From contig DATLXH010000128.1 in assembly GCA_035576005.1 (NCBI GenBank), positions 5,257-69,256 of the forward strand: a stretch of 64,000 nucleotides of DNA, in the 5' to 3' direction. This stretch comes from Thermoanaerobaculia bacterium (GTDB lineage: Bacteria; Acidobacteriota; Thermoanaerobaculia; Gp7-AA8). Positions 45,166 through 54,600 of this stretch are shown piece by piece (position 1 is the first letter of the stretch; each line of letters opens with the position of its first letter). The notes below the pieces were generated by a model, which was given only the letters and a program-made list of their open reading frames with translations, was not told where the DNA came from and did no database searches. The position numbers were made by a program, and so were the translations under genes.

Positions 45166-45972
45166 ATGCAATTTGAAGAGCTCGAAGAATTGATGACCCG
45201 CCTCGAGTCCACCACTGACAACAGCGAGCGACAGCAGATCTACGGGATCGTCGGTCCAATTCTCGATTTTCATCGCCAGGCCTTCGCTCGCGTAGTGGAG
45301 ATTCTCGAGGAGGAAGGGGCACGCCACCTGCTGGACCGCATCGTGCGCGATCCGTTGCTGGAGAGCCTGCTGCGTGGTTACGAGCTCATAGAACTGGGAT
45401 TGGATCAGCGTGTTCTGGCAGCGCTGGAGATCGCCCGCCCGATGCTCAAGATGCACGGAGGAGATGTCTCGCTCGTAAAGATGCGAGGGAAGGTCGCCGA
45501 GCTCGAGCTCACTGGATCGTGCCAGGGCTGCGCGGCCTCCATGACCACTCTGCGCAACCTCATCGAGAAAAATCTCTACCAGCAGGTGCCGGAGCTCCGA
45601 GGAATCGAGGTGGCAGGTCTGACCGCGGCAGGCGCGAGCTCCCAGACCTGGCTTCCGCTCGTGCATCTGTACGAGGTGCGGGACGGGGAATGGCTCAAGG
45701 TTCAGCTCTTCGACGACCAGCTTCTGGTCTGCTCGATGGACGAACATCCTTTTGTATTCGAGAATCGTTGTCCCGCGGGAGGCGAGCCGCTCGACACAGC
45801 GGCTTTCGGGTACCTCTCCATCGGTTGCGTCGAGCACGGCCATCAGTTCGATCTTCGTACCGGCCTGAGCGCCGTCAATCCCGCGTTGCGCCTGCGGATC
45901 TACCCTGCCATCATCGATGATGCCGTCGTCAGGATCGCGTATGAGCCAAACAACGTTCCAGTTGCAGGATGA
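45166..45972 (+). CDS. NifU-like Fe-S assembly domain fused to a Rieske-like [2Fe-2S] domain (hydrogenase-associated)
   Basis: GGDVSLVKMRGKVAELELTGSCQGCAASMTTL (NifU C-terminal-type CxxC) and a C-terminal CPAGG...CVEHGH Rieske-like ligand pattern. Confidence 0.65.
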   Translation: MQFEELEELMTRLESTTDNSERQQIYGIVGPILDFHRQAFARVVEILEEEGARHLLDRIVRDPLLESLLRGYELIELGLDQRVLAALEIARPMLKMHGGDVSLVKMRGKVAELELTGSCQGCAASMTTLRNLIEKNLYQQVPELRGIEVAGLTAAGASSQTWLPLVHLYEVRDGEWLKVQLFDDQLLVCSMDEHPFVFENRCPAGGEPLDTAAFGYLSIGCVEHGHQFDLRTGLSAVNPALRLRIYPAIIDDAVVRIAYEPNNVPVAG

Positions 45973-46294
45973 CATCCTCCAGATGCTGTACTGGATGCGG
46001 GGCGAGCATCTGGGCGACGACGTGTCGAGCGAGCAGCTGAATCAGTTCCTGAAGGTTGACGAGCCACTGCTCGCCGCTTCGATCGAACGACTGGTCGATC
46101 GCAGTCTCCTCGAGAGAGTTGGAGATGCCAGACTACGGCTGACAGCCGTCGGCATCGAAGAGGGGAAGAAACGGTTCCTCGAAGAGTTCTCCACCTATCT
46201 CGGAAAGGAGTCGCACATCGCGTGCAGCGATCCCGAATGCGACTGCAGCAGCGCCGACTGGGTTGGAGCGTGCCGCTCGAGCACGTCGGTTTAG
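45941..46294 (+). CDS. small hydrogenase-associated protein with C-terminal Cys cluster (CSDPECDC...C)
   Basis: ATG overlapping the upstream stop (ATGA). Predicted helical N-terminus, and a Cys-rich tail. Confidence 0.45.
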   Translation: MSQTTFQLQDDILQMLYWMRGEHLGDDVSSEQLNQFLKVDEPLLAASIERLVDRSLLERVGDARLRLTAVGIEEGKKRFLEEFSTYLGKESHIACSDPECDCSSADWVGACRSSTSV

Positions 46295-46359
46295 CAGTCT
46301 AGACACATGGGAAGCTGAAGTTTGAAACCAGCAGGGCTGCAGGCCCGGGAATCGTCGTA

Positions 46360-46557
46360 GCCCCAGCCTTACGGGCTTGTTGCCTAACTTCACAGAGGAG
46401 CGTTCGTCATCCTGAGGAGCGCTTTTGCGACGAAGGATCTCAAAATGCGACGCTGTGAAAATCAATGAGTTACGTATTTTGAGATCCTTCGCTTTCGCTC
46501 AGGATGACGAATCGCTGGTGAGAGTGGAGTTAGGCAACACGCCCGTAAGGCTGGGGC
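46360..46557. mobile_element. ~200-bp lower-GC palindromic element (MITE-like) with ~85-bp arms
   Basis: GCCCCAGCCTTACGGGCTTGTTGCCTAACTTCAC...CGTCATCCTGAGGAGCGC...GAAGGATCTCAAAAT || ATTTTGAGATCCTTCGCTTTCGCTCAGGATGACGA...GTTAGGCAACACGCCCGTAAGGCTGGGGC. Confidence 0.5.
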
Positions 46558-46799
46558 GTTAGTTGACCTAGAGCACGGTGAGCCCCGCAAGGGGCGGCAT
46601 CGATGCCGCCGCTTCGCGGCTCCGTGGAATTCTCGTACAGTCACACCCCACCCTCACGGGTGGGGCTAAACGATATCGCCGCTTCGCGGCTGGGAGGACG
46701 CACCAGTTCATCACCTCTTCACCAGCCGTTCCCGGCTGTTCTCCCGCTACAGGGATGACACGCTCGCGGGTTGATAGAAGGGTTGTGAGAAAATGCCGC

Positions 46800-47648
46800 T
46801 TAACTCGACGGCGCGGCGAAGAGGGATGGATCGAGCGGCACGTTGAACTTGACGTCCTCATACCGGGTCTCGGACGTCTTCTTTCCAATCTTTCCCTTCG
46901 CATCGGCTTGGTATCCGGTGCGAAGCATCGGAAAGCGGATCCCGTCGATCACAGTTTCTTCGGAGTACTCCGTGTAGCTGTACTTACCCGCCTCGTACTC
47001 CAGGTGATTGGCTACCAGCCGACCGTCGCCGGCAAACATGTATGTCCAGGTGTGGAGTCCGCCCGCGTCGCCGGCTCCCTTGTCATAGGTCACGCGAACT
47101 TTGTCGACTTTGGTGCCATCGGCCAACGTCTCGCTGCCTGCGCTGGCGAGGTTCGCCCCACGATCGGTGAGCTTGAAGGGCATCGAAACGACATAGTGCG
47201 ATCCGAAGGTGGCATTCCTGGCGCCGTTCTTCTCGCTGACACCCGTTGCCACCACCCCATCCGCGACCCTCCATGCTTCCCATCCATGGTTGATCAGCAC
47301 GATCTTCCTGCCATCGTCTTCCCACGTGATCCGCATCTTCGGTCCTGGCCGCAGCACGTACTGATGGGTCTGCACCCGGGTGCTTTCCACGGTGCCATCC
47401 TCGCGGAACTTCGTCGTGGTCTTACGAAAAGATAGAGAGTGTTTTGAGCTCCACTCCTTCCATCCGCCGGCGTAGTCAATCCCACGCTGGACAACCTGTC
47501 CTGCTCCATCCTTCGAAAGACGCTCGATCGGGGAGGCCTCCGCCGGTTCACTGGCAGGAGGTTGGGAAACTGTTTCGACAGGGGCCTTCTGGCAGGCCGC
47601 CAGTACGAGAAGGAGCGCGGCTGCTGAGAGTCGTTTCATCGTCTTCAA
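46800..47648 (-). CDS. hypothetical lipoprotein (opposite strand, inside the hydrogenase cluster)
   Basis: Lipobox LLLVLAAC. Length 282 aa. Confidence 0.55.
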   Translation of the reverse strand: MKTMKRLSAAALLLVLAACQKAPVETVSQPPASEPAEASPIERLSKDGAGQVVQRGIDYAGGWKEWSSKHSLSFRKTTTKFREDGTVESTRVQTHQYVLRPGPKMRITWEDDGRKIVLINHGWEAWRVADGVVATGVSEKNGARNATFGSHYVVSMPFKLTDRGANLASAGSETLADGTKVDKVRVTYDKGAGDAGGLHTWTYMFAGDGRLVANHLEYEAGKYSYTEYSEETVIDGIRFPMLRTGYQADAKGKIGKKTSETRYEDVKFNVPLDPSLFAAPSS

Positions 47649-47753
47649 ATGATACCGTAAACCTCCCGGCCACCGACCTCAGCCGCTTCGAAAAGTCGAA
47701 GCTGAGTTGACATCAAGACCCCCTTCGGAAGAAATTGTGGCAGGAGAACATCA

Positions 47754-48041
47754 ATGGATAGCATGACTCTCTGGCAAATCTCCTGGGCAATCGGAGCATT
47801 GGTTGTCGTCATCGTTGCCGTGCTTCTCCTGCTCATCCTCGCAGCTGCCCGACGCATCGATAACCGGGCCAAAGAAATCTGGCAGGCGGGAAAGGAGATC
47901 GCTTCCAATACGGTCTCCATCTGGATGTTGCAGAAAACCAATGTCGTCGCCGGTGAGATCCTCGGTGTTGCGCAGGGGATTGCTGCCGGCGCCGGGGCAA
48001 TAGACGCCAAGCTGGCAGGCCTGGCCGGGAGCAAGAAGTAA
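47754..48041 (+). CDS. small single-pass membrane protein, paralog 1 of a tandem array of four
   Basis: N-terminal TM helix plus an amphipathic Ala/Ile/Gly-rich C-terminal region. Stop and start overlap the next paralog (TAATG). Confidence 0.5.
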   Translation: MDSMTLWQISWAIGALVVVIVAVLLLLILAAARRIDNRAKEIWQAGKEIASNTVSIWMLQKTNVVAGEILGVAQGIAAGAGAIDAKLAGLAGSKK

Positions 48042-48331
48042 TGCGACCGGTTCTGCTGGCCACCCTCATCTATCTCGGGATTCTGGTGGCCGTGCTCGCT
48101 GTGGGTCTGATCATGATCGCCTGGCGGCTATGGGCCACAGGCACGGCACTGGCCGCGATTCGCGACGAGCTGGCTTCCGTTAGGGACGACACTTCACCGC
48201 TGGCGTCCCACATCGGGGCGATCAATGGCGCGCTCTCGCAGTTAGGGGGCGGTCTGGCATCGGTACTGGCACGGCTCGGACGCGCCAACAGCGCGCTGGG
48301 CCGGATCATTGGGAAATCCAAGGTAGCCTGA
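48041..48331 (+). CDS. small single-pass membrane protein, paralog 2
   Basis: Same architecture. TSPLASHIGAINGALSQLGGGL aligns with TTPLTSAIPGVAGNLTSIGEGL of paralog 4. Confidence 0.5.
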   Translation: MRPVLLATLIYLGILVAVLAVGLIMIAWRLWATGTALAAIRDELASVRDDTSPLASHIGAINGALSQLGGGLASVLARLGRANSALGRIIGKSKVA

Positions 48332-48338
48332 GGACGAG

Positions 48339-48635
48339 ATGCCCCTATCCGTCCACATCATCTGGTGGATCACCCTGGCCCTGGCGCTGGGGATCACGGT
48401 CCTTGCCACGGCGTACCTCATTCTCGTCGTTCGGGAGTGTGGACAGATTATGGAACTTGCACGACGAACCATTCCATCGGCACAGCTGATTGCCCGAAAC
48501 ACGAAGGCCATCGCCAGTCTCACGGCGGTCCTCGACCTTGCACCGACACTGCTCAAAGTAGCGGGGAACATCGACCGCGAGTCGGAGACGATTGCTTCCA
48601 CCATCGAATCCGTCGCGCCACGAGCGTCCGCATGA
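48339..48635 (+). CDS. small single-pass membrane protein, paralog 3
   Basis: Same architecture. ATGA overlap with paralog 4. Confidence 0.5.
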   Translation: MPLSVHIIWWITLALALGITVLATAYLILVVRECGQIMELARRTIPSAQLIARNTKAIASLTAVLDLAPTLLKVAGNIDRESETIASTIESVAPRASA

Positions 48636-48925
48636 TTCTCTGGACCGTTCTCAGCTGCGTCCTTTTTCTAACGCTCCTGGCGTTCCTTACCTGGGCGCTC
48701 AACAAAATCCTTCATGCCCTTCAGGCCATCCGCAGCAGCCTCGAGAAAATTGCCATGGGCGTCAAAGCCATCAGCGTCGAGACCACGCCACTCACCAGCG
48801 CGATTCCGGGAGTAGCCGGCAACCTCACCAGCATTGGAGAAGGCCTGGTGATCGTCGAGAAACATCTCACTGGCAGCGCCGCCAGTCTTCCGGGTGCTGC
48901 TCGTGCACTCGGGCTCCTTCCGTGA
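48632..48925 (+). CDS. small single-pass membrane protein, paralog 4
   Basis: Same architecture. Its stop overlaps the hypF GTG start. Confidence 0.5.
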   Translation: MILWTVLSCVLFLTLLAFLTWALNKILHALQAIRSSLEKIAMGVKAISVETTPLTSAIPGVAGNLTSIGEGLVIVEKHLTGSAASLPGAARALGLLP

Positions 48926-51315
48926 CCTCGGGCGGCCACGCTCTCGTCGCCGAACAGACTTCGGCAAGGAGCGGCCTGCGTGTCCGCGGAGTCGTGCAGG
49001 GAGTCGGTTTCCGTCCTTTTGTCTACCGGCTGGCGCGCCAGTATGGGATGTCCGGATTCGTTCGCAACGATTCGGGGGGCGTCTGGATAGAAATCGAAGG
49101 CAGGCACGCGATACTCGCCGAGTTTCCTGATCTGCTCCGTCGCCAGGCTCCCGCGGCCGCTGTCATTCAAGCGATCGAAAGCTTTCCACTTCCCCTGAAG
49201 TTCGACGGCAATTTTTCGGTCATTGAGAGTGCAGCCACGCCCGGGAATCGCGCTCGCATTCCCTGCGATCTCGCTACCTGCAGCTACTGCCTCCAGGAGC
49301 TCTTCGACCCGATGAATCGACGGTATCTCTACCCCTTCATTAACTGCACTGCCTGCGGTCCCCGCTTTTCGATTGTTCGCGATACGCCGTACGACCGAGC
49401 TCGGACGACCATGGACGCCTTTTCCCTATGCGCTGCCTGCCTGGATGAATACCAGAGCCCGGCTGATCGTCGATTCCATGCGGAACCAAACGCCTGCGCC
49501 GTTTGCGGTCCCAGGCTTCAGTTCGTTTCTTCCAGGCCGGAAGAAAATACGCCGCTCTCCGACTCAACAAACAGGGAAGCGCTTGCGCGCGCCGTTGCCT
49601 TGCTCCAGAAGGGCTTGATCGTGGCCATCAAAGGTCTGGGAGGGTTTCATCTCGCCGTTGACGCCACCAACGACGTTGCTGTGCGGAGACTCCGCGATCG
49701 TAAGCAAAGACCTCACAAACCATTCGCCGTGATGGCGCGCGACGCAATCATGGCCTCTACGATCGCTGAGGTTGGTGAAAGTGAAGCCAGGCTACTGACG
49801 TCCGTGCAACGTCCGATCGTCCTGCTCCCAGCGAGAAAGTCGGCTCTTCCGAACTCCATAGCGCCGGCCAGCGACGAGATCGGAGTCATGCTTCCCTACA
49901 CGCCGCTTCATCATCTGTTGCTCGATGCCCTGCCGCTTCTGGTCATGACCAGCGGAAATCGTGCAGATGAGCCGATCGTCATCGACAACGACGTAGCGAT
50001 CGAGCAGCTCTCCGGAATCGCCGACGCCTTCCTCCTGCATGATCGAGAGATTCATGCACGAGTGGACGATTCCGTCACTCGGGTCGCGAACGGGACTCGC
50101 AGAATGCTTCGACGCTCCCGTGGGTTTGTGCCCGATCCGATCGAGCTTCAGCTTCCGGTTCGCCACGCAGCCGAGAGGCAGGGGCAACCATTCCCTTCCG
50201 ACAACGAGGACAACGTACCTTCAGCAGGCCCGACCCCTTCGATTCTGGCGGTGGGCGCGGAGCTCAAAAACACGCTATGCATCACGCGTGGCAGCGAGGC
50301 TTTCCTGTCCCAGCACATCGGAGACCTGGAGTCGCCGGAGTCTCTCGAGTTCTTCAAGGAAACCACCACCCGCCTTTCCCGCCTTCTATCCGTGACGCCC
50401 GCCGTCGTCGCCCACGACCTTCATCCCGATTACGCATCGACACGATGGGCACTGGCCAGCGGACTGCGACGAATCCCGGTGCAGCATCATCACGCTCACA
50501 TCGCCTCCTGTCTGGCTGAGAATGGGAGGAGCGAGCGCGTGATCGGCGTGGCCTTCGATGGCACCGGCTGCGGTCCGGCGGGCGAGTTATGGGGCGGGGA
50601 GTTCCTTCTCGCTGACGCCAGAAATTCAGAGCGGGTCGGCCACCTCCGCCCCCTAGGACTGATTGGCGGAACGGCCGCGATTCGAGAGCCGTGGCGCCTC
50701 GCAGTCGCAGCACTCGATGATGCCGGGGAGGAAACGGACATCCTGAGAGACATCGATCCGTACCGACGTGAAATGGTGTTGTCCATGAGCCGTAAAGGAA
50801 TTCGAACTGTCCGATCGACGAGCGCTGGCCGCTGGTTCGACGCCGTTGCCGCTCTTTGCGCAGTGCGTGAAGAGATTACCTACGAAGCGCAGGCAGCGAT
50901 CGAGCTCGAGGCACTTGCGTCACGTGATGACGTCGAGCCATACAGTTTCACGCTCACAGAAGATGCAGTCTTCGAGGTCGACCTCCGTCCTGCCATTCGC
51001 GAAATCGTCGGCGACCTCCGGGCGGGACTCGCTACAGCCATCATCTCGTCGCGTTTTCATCAGACTATGGCGAGCTTGATTTCCGCTGGGGCAGTCGCTG
51101 CGCGCAGCAGAGGAGGTCCGGCCATCATCGCGCTCTCTGGAGGCTGCTTTCAAAATCGGCTTCTCAGTGAACGGGCACGGACGCTTCTCGAAAGAGACGG
51201 CTTCGAGGTTCTCCAGCATCGCCACGTTCCCGCCAACGATGGCGGGATTGCACTCGGTCAGGCGTTCGTGGCGGCGCACTTGCTGGCTTCCGAGACAGGG
51301 TACGATGCGAGTTAG
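48922..51315 (+). CDS. hypF: [NiFe]-hydrogenase maturation carbamoyltransferase HypF
   Basis: Acylphosphatase domain (VRGVVQGVGFRPFVYRLA), two CxxC-x18-CxxC zinc fingers, and YrdC-like and Kae1/YgjD-like C-terminal domains. Confidence 0.9.
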   Translation: MTSGGHALVAEQTSARSGLRVRGVVQGVGFRPFVYRLARQYGMSGFVRNDSGGVWIEIEGRHAILAEFPDLLRRQAPAAAVIQAIESFPLPLKFDGNFSVIESAATPGNRARIPCDLATCSYCLQELFDPMNRRYLYPFINCTACGPRFSIVRDTPYDRARTTMDAFSLCAACLDEYQSPADRRFHAEPNACAVCGPRLQFVSSRPEENTPLSDSTNREALARAVALLQKGLIVAIKGLGGFHLAVDATNDVAVRRLRDRKQRPHKPFAVMARDAIMASTIAEVGESEARLLTSVQRPIVLLPARKSALPNSIAPASDEIGVMLPYTPLHHLLLDALPLLVMTSGNRADEPIVIDNDVAIEQLSGIADAFLLHDREIHARVDDSVTRVANGTRRMLRRSRGFVPDPIELQLPVRHAAERQGQPFPSDNEDNVPSAGPTPSILAVGAELKNTLCITRGSEAFLSQHIGDLESPESLEFFKETTTRLSRLLSVTPAVVAHDLHPDYASTRWALASGLRRIPVQHHHAHIASCLAENGRSERVIGVAFDGTGCGPAGELWGGEFLLADARNSERVGHLRPLGLIGGTAAIREPWRLAVAALDDAGEETDILRDIDPYRREMVLSMSRKGIRTVRSTSAGRWFDAVAALCAVREEITYEAQAAIELEALASRDDVEPYSFTLTEDAVFEVDLRPAIREIVGDLRAGLATAIISSRFHQTMASLISAGAVAARSRGGPAIIALSGGCFQNRLLSERARTLLERDGFEVLQHRHVPANDGGIALGQAFVAAHLLASETGYDAS

Positions 51316-51332
51316 CGGGCTAGGGGGAAACC

Positions 51333-51623
51333 ATGTGTCTCGGTATACCAGGTGAGATTCTCGAGTTACGAGTCGAGAAAGGATTGCCATTCGGCAAAGT
51401 GAAGTTCGGCGGCATCACCCGGTCCGTCTGCCTGGCCTACGTGCCTGAGGCCTCCGTAGGCGAGTTCGTGGTCGTTCACGTCGGCTTTGCCATCTCCATC
51501 ATCGACGCCGAGGAGGCAGCGCAGGCATACAAAATCCTCGAAGAGATCGGTCAGATCGGAGAGCTCACCGCGGACCTTCCACCCGACATCCTCGCCAACC
51601 TTCCTTCCAGCAAAGTCCAATGA
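51333..51623 (+). CDS. hypC: hydrogenase assembly chaperone HypC/HupF
   Basis: N-terminal MCLGIPGEI signature. Confidence 0.9.
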   Translation: MCLGIPGEILELRVEKGLPFGKVKFGGITRSVCLAYVPEASVGEFVVVHVGFAISIIDAEEAAQAYKILEEIGQIGELTADLPPDILANLPSSKVQ

Positions 51624-52726
51624 AATACCTCGACGAATACCGCGATAGTGCGGTGGCTGCCGCCCTGGTCCGTGAGATCAAAACCGTGGCCACGCGCCCG
51701 TGGGTACTCATGGAAGTCTGCGGCGGACAGACGCATTCGATCGTCCGCTACGGCATCGATCGCATGCTTCCCACCTCGGTCGAGCTCGTTCACGGACCAG
51801 GCTGTCCCGTCTGCGTCACGTCCCTCGAGACAATCGATCGCGCTCATGCAATCGCCAGCCGTCCCGACGTCATTTTCACGTCCTTCGGCGACATGCTCCG
51901 AGTTCCCGGATCGCGTGGTGATCTGCTGGCGCTCAAGAGTCGTGGAGCTGACGTCCGCGTGGTCTACTCTCCGCTGGACGCCGTCCGAATTGCGCGCGAC
52001 AACCCTACCCGGCAGGTCGTGTTCTTCGGCATTGGATTCGAAACCACGGCGCCAGCAAATGCCATGGCGGTTTTCAGCGCCAAGAAGGAAGGGCTGAAGA
52101 ATTTCTCGATGCTCGTTTCTCACGTGCTGGTGCCACCGGCCATGGCATCGATCCTCCAGGCTCCGGGCAATCGCGTGGAAGGCTTCCTCGGGCCCGGTCA
52201 TGTCTGCTCGATCATGGGGACCAGAGAGTACGAGTCGTTGTCGGCCCGGTTCAAAGTACCGATCGTGATCACTGGTTTCGAGCCGATCGATCTGCTCGAG
52301 GGCATCCTCATGACGGTAAGACAGCTGGAAAGTGGACAGGCAACCGTCGAGAATCAGTACGCGCGCGCAGTGAGTGCGGAAGGGAATCTCCCCGCACAAA
52401 AAATCCTGTTTGAGGTCTTCGAGATCACCGATAGAAAGTGGCGCGGTGTCGGCTCCATCCCCAAGTCCGGATACAAGCTCCGCTACGAATACCGGGAGCA
52501 CGACGCTGCGAAACTTTTCGAGGTCGAGGATATCGAGACGGCCGAGCCGGAGGTCTGCATCAGCGGACTCATTCTTCGCGGCCTCAAAAAGCCGCACGAC
52601 TGTCCGGCCTTCGGGAAAGAGTGCCGGCCCGAGCATCCCATCGGAGCGACGATGGTTTCGGCTGAAGGCTCCTGCGCCGCCTACCTCCAGTATGGACGGT
52701 ATCCAGAAGCACACGAGTCGGTATGA
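51620..52726 (+). CDS. hypD: hydrogenase maturation factor HypD
   Basis: [13 protein letters not shown] and FEPID-type conserved motifs. ATGA overlap with hypC. Confidence 0.9.
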   Translation: MKYLDEYRDSAVAAALVREIKTVATRPWVLMEVCGGQTHSIVRYGIDRMLPTSVELVHGPGCPVCVTSLETIDRAHAIASRPDVIFTSFGDMLRVPGSRGDLLALKSRGADVRVVYSPLDAVRIARDNPTRQVVFFGIGFETTAPANAMAVFSAKKEGLKNFSMLVSHVLVPPAMASILQAPGNRVEGFLGPGHVCSIMGTREYESLSARFKVPIVITGFEPIDLLEGILMTVRQLESGQATVENQYARAVSAEGNLPAQKILFEVFEITDRKWRGVGSIPKSGYKLRYEYREHDAAKLFEVEDIETAEPEVCISGLILRGLKKPHDCPAFGKECRPEHPIGATMVSAEGSCAAYLQYGRYPEAHESV

Positions 52727-53331
52727 CTGGTACCCATGAGCGCGTCGACCTTCGTGATGCCATCCTTCGGAAAGCAGGAGAAAGCGCGGAGCTGAAGACA
52801 CGGTTCTTCGAGGAGAACGCGGATCTTCTCATCCGTTGCGTGGAACGGCTCGCCGAATCGTTTCGCTCCGGAGGTCGGCTGCTTGTCATGGGCAACGGAG
52901 GATCGGCTTGTGACGCGCAGCATGTGGCCATCGAGTTTCAGCATCCCATCATCGAGAAGCGCAAACCGCTGCCTGCCATGGCCCTCACTGTCGACACCGC
53001 CGCACTCACCGCCATCGGAAATGACGGCGACTTCGCGCGCGTGTTCGTCGAACAACTGGACATGCTGGGCCGCACCGGCGATGCAATTCTCGGGATCTCT
53101 TCCTCAGGTGCATCGGCAAACGTGAATCGTGCGTTGAAGCGAGGACGCGAGATGGGTCTCGTCACCATCGGCTTCTCGGGACGGGACGGCGGCCGGATGC
53201 CCGAGCTATGCGACTTCTGTTTCACTGTCCCCAGCTGGTCGATCCACCGCATCCAGGAAGTGCACACGACGCTGCTGCATCTTCTGTGGGACCTTGTCCA
53301 CGTCTCTATGGGAGAGGACGATGTCCTCTGA
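52723..53331 (+). CDS. SIS-domain protein (GmhA-like sugar-phosphate isomerase fold) embedded in the hyp operon
   Basis: [15 protein letters not shown] and [16 protein letters not shown] motifs. Coupled by overlap to hypD and hypE. Confidence 0.8.
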   Translation: MTGTHERVDLRDAILRKAGESAELKTRFFEENADLLIRCVERLAESFRSGGRLLVMGNGGSACDAQHVAIEFQHPIIEKRKPLPAMALTVDTAALTAIGNDGDFARVFVEQLDMLGRTGDAILGISSSGASANVNRALKRGREMGLVTIGFSGRDGGRMPELCDFCFTVPSWSIHRIQEVHTTLLHLLWDLVHVSMGEDDVL

Positions 53332-54385
53332 TTCCGGTAGCTCCACTCCCTTCTCCGACTGTCCACTCCCTTTCCGCGACACGTCCCAGATCCTGCTCGG
53401 ACACGGAAGCGGCGGGAAGCTCACCGGAGAACTGATCGAGAAGCTTCTGTTGCCAGCATTCAACAATGACGTTCTGTCTCAGCTCGACGATCAGGCGATT
53501 CTAACCATCGGCGACTCACGCATCGCCTTCACGACCGACAGCTATGTCGTCACCCCGATCTTTTTCCGGGGCGGCGACATCGGCTCACTGGCGGTGAACG
53601 GCACAATCAATGACCTGGCCATGGGTGGGGCGGTGCCAAAGTTCCTCTCTCTCGCGCTGATTCTCGAAGAAGGTCTTGCCATGGGGGATCTCGAGCGCGT
53701 CGTGGCCTCAATACGCGATGCTTCGCGAGCTGCCGGTGTGGCGATTGTTACGGGCGACACGAAAGTCGTGGGACGCGGCAGCGGTGACAAAATCTTCATC
53801 AATACCGCCGGGATCGGCATCGTCCCCGAGGGCGTTACTCTTTCGTCGAAGCAGGTCAGGCCGGGTGATGACATCCTGCTCTCCGGTCCGATCGGCGATC
53901 ACGGAATTGCGATCCTTTCTCAACGCGAAGGGCTCGAGTTCGACGGAGAGATTGCAAGCGACACTGCTCCGCTTCACACGCTCGTGGCCGCTATGCTCAA
54001 AGCGTCGTCGTCGATCCATGCGATGCGTGATCCCACACGCGGCGGTCTGGCAGCGACACTCGTGGAGATCGCGACACGGCAACACCTCGGCATGGAAATC
54101 GACGAACCATCCATCCCTGTGCGAGAAGTCGTCCGCGGTGCGTGCGAGATTCTCGGACTCGACCCGATGTTCGTGGCGAACGAAGGGAAGCTCGTCGCCT
54201 TCGTACCACCGGAGAGCACCGATGACGTCCTGCGCGCCATGCGCGAACATCCTCTGGGTAGAGACGCCGTGCGGATCGGTGGCGTTATCAAAGATTCGTC
54301 CGGGCGCGTTCGCCTCCGCACCCCGATTGGTGGCTATCGGCTACTCGACCTTCCCTTTGGGGAGCTTCTCCCACGAATCTGCTGA
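53321..54385 (+). CDS. hypE: hydrogenase maturation factor HypE
   Basis: PurM-like fold and the C-terminal PRIC motif. Confidence 0.9.
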   Translation: MSSDSGSSTPFSDCPLPFRDTSQILLGHGSGGKLTGELIEKLLLPAFNNDVLSQLDDQAILTIGDSRIAFTTDSYVVTPIFFRGGDIGSLAVNGTINDLAMGGAVPKFLSLALILEEGLAMGDLERVVASIRDASRAAGVAIVTGDTKVVGRGSGDKIFINTAGIGIVPEGVTLSSKQVRPGDDILLSGPIGDHGIAILSQREGLEFDGEIASDTAPLHTLVAAMLKASSSIHAMRDPTRGGLAATLVEIATRQHLGMEIDEPSIPVREVVRGACEILGLDPMFVANEGKLVAFVPPESTDDVLRAMREHPLGRDAVRIGGVIKDSSGRVRLRTPIGGYRLLDLPFGELLPRIC

Positions 54386-54404
54386 GACGCGACACGCAGA
54401 CTAA

Positions 54405-54600
54405 ACCCTCTCCCCGGCGGGGAGAGGGTGGTCGCGTAAGCGACCGGGAGAGGGGCCGCGAAAGATACGATGGCCTCAACTATCGCGAAACCCCTGCTCA
54501 ACACGGCCCTTATCGTGTCGACCCTGACCGCATGAATTGCGAGACTTTCGCGCCCCTCTCCCTGCTTTCGCTTCGCTCGCTTCCCTCTCCCCGCCGGGGC
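54405..54600. repeat. composite REP-like element (family R), right terminal palindrome truncated by an insertion
   Basis: CCCTCTCCCCGGCGGGGAGAGGGTGGTCGCGTAAGCGACCGGGAGAGGGGCCGCGAAAGATACGA...CCCTCTCCCCGCCGGGG|. Confidence 0.6.
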
